Of a stretch of DNA of 64,000 bases, positions 59,501-64,000 are shown one piece after another. The stretch is from contig CALIAU010000004.1 in assembly GCA_938045585.1 (NCBI GenBank), positions 25,534 through 89,533 of the forward strand, in the 5' to 3' direction. The stretch comes from an uncultured Saprospiraceae bacterium (GTDB lineage: Bacteria; Bacteroidota; Bacteroidia; Chitinophagales; Saprospiraceae). Position numbers and translations under genes: made by a program. Within the stretch, counting starts at the first letter, position 1. The number at the start of each line of letters is the position of its first letter. The notes beneath the pieces were generated by a model. It was given only the letters and a program-made list of their open reading frames with translations. It had not been told where the DNA came from and did no database searches.

Positions 59501-62380
59501 CTAGATCCAGATGGTTTTTCTAAACTATTTAAATCCAGTATAAATGAAGGAAGTCATGATAACTGCTCCGACCCATTTATAGAAATACGTAGAGAAACAG
59601 ATGCCTGTGATGTCCCTGGAAATGATACCTATAGCGATAAGATACCAAGTGTTTGCGATCCATGGTATGCTAGTGATGACCTTGATTATGGAGAATTTGT
59701 GATGTTCTGTTGCAATGACCTAACAGAAGTAGATGATGAGGCTATGTACGGTATGGTCAAAGTTTGGATGCGTGTTTGGGATGATGCAAATATGGATGGA
59801 GAATTTGGTAGCTATACCTTCTTTGATAATCCAGGAACTGATCATGACTATTGTGAATTTGATGATAATTTTAATGAAGTCTATTCATGGATACGTGTAG
59901 AAAATAAAACAGATGCTAATCTTATCTGTCCTCCAGACATCACCATCCCTTGTGATTGGGATTATACAGACCTAAATATCACAGGTTCTGCTTCTGGTTC
60001 TTCGACCTGTGGGGCAGTTGAACTTGTGTACGAAGATTGGGTAGATCTACACTGTGGAGAAGGAACAGTATTGAGAGAATGGAGTATCCCTGGCTATGAT
60101 TACAGCTGTACGCAGGTCATTACTATCACACCAGTGTATACAGCTTTAGTGGTTCAGTGCCCTGTTGACCCTGTAACACAAACTAACAAAGTTGTAATCG
60201 ATTGTGATAATTATGATATTCCAGAACCAGTTATAACATCTGGTGCATGCTCATTAACGGGTATTACATCAGAAATAGATACATTCTGGTTTGAAGCAGA
60301 TGCCTGTTATAAGGCAATCAAAACATGGACTATACTAGACTGGTGTTCAGGAGAAGAACTCAGTTGCGAATTTACAGTAAGCCTTATCGATACAGAAGCA
60401 CCACTGGTAATGTGTCAAGACACAAGTTTTGGTCTTGATGACTTCTGGGATCTTGATAATGATGGCAATAGATGCGAATTTGAAAACGACATCGTGCTTA
60501 CAAACAGTGCAGGAGATCCAGGTAACTGCGGCAGCGAATGGATAAAATGGTTAATTCAAATTGACTATTGGAGTGACGGAATTGTAGAATATGAAGGTTC
60601 TAGTTTCGTAGCACCAAATTCTAGTAACTATGTAGCACCTACTCAATCTGGTGCAGATGTAAGTATTTCTCTGGACAAAGAGGATGCAAGTGCAGATTGG
60701 GCAAGACACCTCATTAAATGGAAGGCCTTTGATGGTTGTGGTAATGTAAGCCAATGCAGTCAAATAGTGGAAGTAGGTGATGACAAAGCGCCAACACCGT
60801 TCTGTCTGGAGATAAGTACTGCATTGATGGATTCAGACCCTCCACTCGTTGAAATTTGGGCAAACGATTTTGATACAAAGAGCGGAGATAATTGTACACC
60901 TCGAAACCAACTGCTATTCACTTTTGAACAAGTACCACCTGTAGTAGACAAACTCACACAAGAGCATTGCTTTGATGCTAGTGGTGAAGTGCCATGTAGT
61001 CAGTATGAGAATGGATTCCCTATTCAAAAATGGAATCCTGCTACTAGAACCTCAGGCACTAAATTTATAGGATTAGATTATTGTGGCGATAATGAAGTGC
61101 GCGTCAGTATCTGGGATAATAAGCTCAATATGAGTTATTGTAGATCTACTCTTATCATTCATGGAGAAGCATGTGATAACGTCGTTGTACCTACATCCAC
61201 AATCGGAGGAATAGTGCGGACAGAGAATCTTGATGCTGTTACTAATGTGCGAGTTGAAATCATGACAGCACACCCGGAATATCCTAAAAATATGATGACT
61301 CTTGAAGATGGCATGTTTGCTTTCGAAGAAAACATTATGTACACGGATTATAATCTAATCGCTGCAAAAGATGGTGACTATCTAAATGGTGTAAGTACAT
61401 TGGATCTTGTCTTTATTCAACGACACATTCTAGGATTAAAAACATTTGACAGCCACTACAAATCTATCGCAGCAGATGCTAATAATGATTCTGATGTTTC
61501 TGGGATTGATCTAGTAGAGCTTCGAAAACTTATTCTAGGAGTGTATGAAGAACTGCCATTAAATGATAGTTGGAGAATTGTAGACCCTGTTTACACAGAA
61601 GAAATAAATGCTCCATTCCCGTTCTCAGAATCTATTGATCTTGAATATTTAGATCAAGAAAAGATGGACCAAAATTTCATCGCAATAAAAATTGGTGACG
61701 TAAATGGCAATGCTAGCCTCAATTTTGCTGATATAGACAGTGAGTCAAGATCACTTGACAAGCTTGAGTTCATTTTGGATAAGTCAAACTCAAGTTCCTT
61801 AGAAGTGAGAGCAGGTAAGAATTTTGATCAGGTATATGGATTCCAATTTGTAGTCCAACTTGAGGGAAGTTTTGAAAATATAAGAGCTGGTAAGTTAGCT
61901 CTTTCAGGTAATCATATTGCAATTAGACCAGACGGAACAATGGCAGTGAGCTACCATACTCCTAATTTTGAGACTATAGAAGAAGGCGAGTTACTCTTTA
62001 GCTTGGATGGTATCAATGATATGCAACTTGTTGATGGGCGATTGCGCAATGAGTCATATAAAACAGAAGCAATCCTAATCGAAGGAATTGAATTTAGAGG
62101 AAACGAGCTCCCAGTCTATGAAACAAAACTACTGCAAAATGAACCGAATCCTTTTACTTCTAATACTCAGATTCGATTTGTACAAGCAGAAAAAGCACTA
62201 GGTACTTTGACTATCTATGACTTAGCTGGTAAGAAAATTAAATCATTTTCACAGGTCTATGACAAAGGCATGCATTCTATCGAACTATCGAAAAAGGACT
62301 TAGGTGCAGCTGGTGTTCTGTATTATAGATACGAAACTGGAAACTACAGTGCCGTTAAGAAAATGATTGTCCTAGAATAG
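53534..62380 (+). CDS. giant (2948 aa) surface protein: HYR-like repeats, dockerin-like module, T9SS type A C-terminal sorting domain
   Basis: Signal-anchor N-terminus. Many D-x-x-x-P-x-[FI]-x-C-P...D-x-C-G...R-T-[WF]...D-x-C-G-N...Q-x-I-x-V units. The C-terminus (~62130-62377) reads LLQNEPNPFTSNTQIRF...YYRYETGNYSAVKKMIVLE. Confidence 0.9.
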   Translation: MMNNEPTKYVSRLRILYVILCIIVSFSVTYADGTANLSPTATDVVILNLNTGNFANYGTTGTDKSMCFTVKDPSETVYFGFSQISNSSGFLQNANYDFRIVDAVSGAVVQGPFTVTPGNANGNNYNDVIAGPDLGSGVGYDVSNPGFVFNPPAAGEYCIEFENGNAFGNFTFAQMGLLYWDVTVADAANTIIPGRLFSTCWGLRTPCSAVSNCTGGPWDQPLNGEIWVLTDDGFVHSIDFANSGFQGLSFFLAFNDTGPGTTGNPVIDRKSIDGNFTGNASATDPLYPIYFDIPDPECYEAAEIGTFEGPTILAEMCDYDNACLEFTVNQTGLIEIIIDLDGPGDGIFTPNTADTVIAIRIDPGEPFTQCVPWDLTDGLGNQLMPGDDVFFTVNYQQGEIHFMQYDVESVLTGFIPSTIVPTGANNLSETFYDDSCLDPNDNDPNLDCDLDPATGPMPPLIEIDGCPAPCHTWKIGNSSGLSGGGYGEVNTINTWWFGNTQTLTIETIFLDENPPTFDCPPDVVLECGMPTDTLSTGSVTNIMDACSTTGFIITFMDDAPFDACSGTGIVTRTFYVEDPDGNIDSCMQMITLMDSEDPMITCPPGATIACTDPVPVFADEAAFIAAGGTISDNCALAGFALTDSVATPLMMGCLIEEIALTYTATDECGMTASCTLIILVENTDPASFGSCPPDAVIECGMPTDTMTLGAPVVEGGACGIAATITVMDDIVGGTCPDEMVIMRLFILDDGCGEPDTCMQMISIEDPTAPVFDMPIPADVELSCADDVPDPETLNLTDNCGSMFMVMPVDVIIPGTCPNDFVIERTWALTDPCGNEATATQIITVSDTEDPTFDTAPPADLMFECAADVPDAESLMATDNCDGPVLVDPIDTMIPGTCPNDFTIERTWEYIDACNNVLIHTQTITVSDTSDPAFDTAPPVDLDFDCAADVPDPMDLSITDNCDGTVIVSPLDNLIPGSCPNDFTIERTWEYEDACGNAITHTQTITVSDTSIPMFDTPPPTDITLDCAANVPDPVDISVMDNCDGQVIVSPIDNLIPGTCPNDFTIERTWEYIDACGNTLSHLQTIVVSDTSLPVFDTPPPTDIILECAAEVPDPVDISVTDNCDGNVIVSPIDNLIPGTCPNDFTIERTWEYIDACGNTLSHIQTIVVGNTTLPVFDTPPPTDLVLECATQVPDPVDITVTDNCDGIVTVSPTDNLIPGTCPNDFTIERTWEYIDACGNTLSHLQTIVVSDTSLPVFDTPPPTDVTLECAAEVPDPVDISVTDNCDGTVIVSPIDNLIPGTCPNDFTIERTWEYIDACGNTLSHLQTIIVSDTSLPVFDTPPPIDIVLECAFEVPPPVDLMVTDNCDGPVVVSPVDVITNLDLCPNRFTIDRTWSYTDACGNELTHTQLIAVDDITPPELECQDLTIDLMGMTTVMINPEDFIVSVSDNCGDFDVFADPPSFDCSEIILDSMATVEIIAIDSCGNQAVCIANITFTGFPELEIFCPNDTLIQLGPGGCDAIVPYDIIAINPCGEDAVITQIDTSGFTAGDDFPIGVTIQEYMATNEYGDTVSCSFTITVLENDDPITSLVCNDKVNISVDQNCMVTIDADLILEGSNHGCFEDFTIEIFTITGDTVLNPITYDPEYSPTNNNYIVCVTEPETGIQCCGEIILEDKLEPAIECPCPPGAWMTDPACQRTCLNINQILNGQIGAPNSDDNCSGVVPVFGGAQIIEQAECGTYIVEQFWSLTTEGHAGPDFPNINCTNEYFISAIDIDLVTLPDDVTIDCSDSGEADITHPSNTGYPRIGGDILDGQDQNPYCNIVATFTDIEIPSCGSECGNLMKIARIWSIVNWCTSESEEFYQLIKISDEEGPTIVMDDVYISTDVWKCSADVWFDPPQLHDNCSYALDWYIVSSNSGAVLVDANGQQNSSEPKQHALDVPKGTWEFVIGSTDCCGNLGTTTIEVTVSDHTAPVAIAKEYITISLTSAGLDPDGFSKLFKSSINEGSHDNCSDPFIEIRRETDACDVPGNDTYSDKIPSVCDPWYASDDLDYGEFVMFCCNDLTEVDDEAMYGMVKVWMRVWDDANMDGEFGSYTFFDNPGTDHDYCEFDDNFNEVYSWIRVENKTDANLICPPDITIPCDWDYTDLNITGSASGSSTCGAVELVYEDWVDLHCGEGTVLREWSIPGYDYSCTQVITITPVYTALVVQCPVDPVTQTNKVVIDCDNYDIPEPVITSGACSLTGITSEIDTFWFEADACYKAIKTWTILDWCSGEELSCEFTVSLIDTEAPLVMCQDTSFGLDDFWDLDNDGNRCEFENDIVLTNSAGDPGNCGSEWIKWLIQIDYWSDGIVEYEGSSFVAPNSSNYVAPTQSGADVSISLDKEDASADWARHLIKWKAFDGCGNVSQCSQIVEVGDDKAPTPFCLEISTALMDSDPPLVEIWANDFDTKSGDNCTPRNQLLFTFEQVPPVVDKLTQEHCFDASGEVPCSQYENGFPIQKWNPATRTSGTKFIGLDYCGDNEVRVSIWDNKLNMSYCRSTLIIHGEACDNVVVPTSTIGGIVRTENLDAVTNVRVEIMTAHPEYPKNMMTLEDGMFAFEENIMYTDYNLIAAKDGDYLNGVSTLDLVFIQRHILGLKTFDSHYKSIAADANNDSDVSGIDLVELRKLILGVYEELPLNDSWRIVDPVYTEEINAPFPFSESIDLEYLDQEKMDQNFIAIKIGDVNGNASLNFADIDSESRSLDKLEFILDKSNSSSLEVRAGKNFDQVYGFQFVVQLEGSFENIRAGKLALSGNHIAIRPDGTMAVSYHTPNFETIEEGELLFSLDGINDMQLVDGRLRNESYKTEAILIEGIEFRGNELPVYETKLLQNEPNPFTSNTQIRFVQAEKALGTLTIYDLAGKKIKSFSQVYDKGMHSIELSKKDLGAAGVLYYRYETGNYSAVKKMIVLE
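55826..57772 (+). repeat. 8 x 243-nt (81 aa) in-frame tandem repeat
   Basis: The string ccaggcacctgcccgaatgac recurs at 56699, 56942, 57185 and 57428, exactly 243 nt apart. Minus-strand antisense ORFs end at 56766, 57009, 57252 and 57495, also 243 nt apart. 1947 nt / 243 = 8.0 units. Confidence 0.9.
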
Positions 62381-62402
62381 AAAGCACAATTTTAACTTCT
62401 TC

Positions 62403-62436
62403 AAAAGGATATTTCAGTTACTGAAATATCCTTTTT
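62403..62436 (+). terminator. rho-independent terminator of the 2948-aa gene
   Basis: aaaaggatatttcag-tta-ctgaaatatcctttt, a perfect 15-bp stem followed by T-rich sequence, 23 nt after the stop. Confidence 0.75.
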
Positions 62437-62587
62437 CTATTTTATTTCAAGCTAAAGTATTAGACTTTAGCACCTTACAAATATTAATTTAATTAAATAT
62501 ATAAAACGCTAAAAATTAATGTATTCAACAAAGTTTTGTGTGAAAATTCATACCTTTATCTGGATTTTTAAGACCAACCTTTGAATA

Positions 62588-64000
62588 ATGAACATATCTA
62601 AAAAAACAAGATCGATTATTGTCTTGACCTTTTGTCTATTCTACACTGCAATAGGCTTTGCTCAAATTTGTATCGATGGAGATTTTTGTCCTAATCCTGG
62701 GAATGGAGACCCAGCAGGCAACTGTGATGACCCTACTGTCTTAGATGAATGGGGAACACCTGGATTTGTGAATGCAGCAGCGTCTAGCTCTTGTGAATTT
62801 GCTGAATTTTATGCCATACTTGATAATGGCAATTTAAACCTTGGTGTCACCAAAGGAAACCAAGGTGCAGCACATTTTTTCGTATACTTTGATACAGATT
62901 GTGATCTAACTACTGGAGACCCTGACCACAACGGTGCAGATAAGGTATTGCAGTTTAGAGTGAGACAAAGTGGTAATCCAACACTTGAAATCCTAGGTGT
63001 GCGCTGCTGGATTGATCCTACAGGTTTTGGTCCACTTCAAAATACCGCAGGCTTCGGAACTATAGCGGACGGAGCGTCAGATGGATGTGGAGGTAGTGAT
63101 CTAGATTTTGTTGAAATAGCCTATCCCATTTTAGGAATCGTAGATCCATGTCAAGAAGGCTGCTCTGCCATTACGGTTGTTTTCCTAGAATCTAGATCTG
63201 GTTGGTCTGAGAATTCTTCTTTATGCGACCAACAATCGGTATCTATAGAAATTCCAGTTAATGAAATTCCAACTGCAGTAATCAGTGAACCGGGAGGTCC
63301 TTACTGTGTAGGAGAAACTGTAATCTTTGATGGCTCATCAAGTGTTGATATTATCCCGGTAGATGACATGCTTATGTATTGTTGGGATATTGATTATCCA
63401 GGAACTGGTCCCATCGTGTGTGACGAAACAACTCCTACCATTTCTGTAGATTATAATACAGCAGGCCTTTTTGGTCTTGCCTTAGTAGTTACTGATTCTT
63501 TCGGTTGTATGGACACCGTTATTTTTGAAGTTGGAGATATTGAAGTAGTAGATGCCCCTATAGCAGATGGAATAATTGACTTTGATCCATGTACTCTAGA
63601 ATTAACCTATGATGGTTCCGTTTCAATGGACGGAGCTGGCCTAGACAATCTGGTCTTTAGTTGGGACTTTGGAGATGGTGGAATGAGTACAACAGAATCT
63701 GGTACCTATACATATGCTGACTGTACCAGCAGCGGACTTGTAACATTAACCGTCACTGACCCAGATGTCACTTCGCCAGATTGTCAATCGGCATCTTTAG
63801 ATTTTACAATCATATTTGACCTTGAACCTCCAACAGTAACCTGTCCACCTCCTGCAACAGTAGGCTGTGATGAGGATATCCCCACCTTTGAAACTATTGC
63901 AGATTTTATTGCTGCAGGTGGAGTAATTTTAGATATGTGCCCTGCAAGTACAATTGCTATCACTAATACTGTTACAGATGTTGGAACCTGCCCTGTTTCG
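62588..64000 (+). CDS. large secreted PKD/HYR-like repeat protein, 3'-truncated by the window edge
   Basis: Not in the ORF track because it has no stop in the window. My translation from the ATG at 62588 is open for 471 codons. It starts MNISKKTRSIIVLTFCLFYTAIGFAQ (signal). Two PKD-like modules follow (...VIFDGSSS..., ...FSWDFGDGG...YTY...LTVTD). Then comes DLEPPTVTCPPPATVGCDEDIPTFETIADFIAAGG, paralogous to the 2948-aa protein. Confidence 0.8.
   Translation, partial: MNISKKTRSIIVLTFCLFYTAIGFAQICIDGDFCPNPGNGDPAGNCDDPTVLDEWGTPGFVNAAASSSCEFAEFYAILDNGNLNLGVTKGNQGAAHFFVYFDTDCDLTTGDPDHNGADKVLQFRVRQSGNPTLEILGVRCWIDPTGFGPLQNTAGFGTIADGASDGCGGSDLDFVEIAYPILGIVDPCQEGCSAITVVFLESRSGWSENSSLCDQQSVSIEIPVNEIPTAVISEPGGPYCVGETVIFDGSSSVDIIPVDDMLMYCWDIDYPGTGPIVCDETTPTISVDYNTAGLFGLALVVTDSFGCMDTVIFEVGDIEVVDAPIADGIIDFDPCTLELTYDGSVSMDGAGLDNLVFSWDFGDGGMSTTESGTYTYADCTSSGLVTLTVTDPDVTSPDCQSASLDFTIIFDLEPPTVTCPPPATVGCDEDIPTFETIADFIAAGGVILDMCPASTIAITNTVTDVGTCPVS

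Noticed and set aside
1-64000. Search for mobile elements, integrases, toxin-antitoxin or defence cassettes, tRNA/rRNA genes
   Set aside because: No transposase/integrase/recombinase motifs, terminal inverted repeats, cloverleaf-like tRNA sequences or nuclease/ATPase defence-type gene pairs were recognisable by eye in any ORF or gap. The absence is not proven without HMM/tRNAscan runs.

Overview
AT-rich chromosomal segment, almost certainly from a Bacteroidota (Flavobacteriia-like) genome. Evidence for that placement: both type A and type B T9SS C-terminal sorting domains, a DUF3276/PUR-like gene, and TAnnTTTG -7 boxes. Ordinary housekeeping genes are present: priA, lysS, plsC-like, msrA/msrB, fbp, sucA, rpsT, dprA, comEC, pnuC, an alkaline phosphatase and an ABC exporter. 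They are interleaved with very large T9SS cargo genes. Six predicted T9SS substrates sum to about 31.3 kb, roughly half of the window. The main ones are a 4383-aa and a 1828-aa type B CTD protein in tandem on the minus strand (11992-30704). A 2948-aa type A CTD protein and a paralogous 5'-partial neighbour lie on the plus strand (53534-64000). The most unusual object is the 4383-aa gene. It carries 35 canonical plus 2 degenerate copies of a ~96-97 aa four-Cys repeat that I cannot assign to a named family. These are organised hierarchically into 2-unit (579 nt) and 5-unit (~1.44 kb) higher-order repeats. About 3366 consecutive residues contain no Lys, no His and a single Arg. By eye I found no tRNA/rRNA genes, CRISPR array, transposase/integrase or recognisable defence system. 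All product calls rest on motif recognition in the supplied translations. No database search was run.
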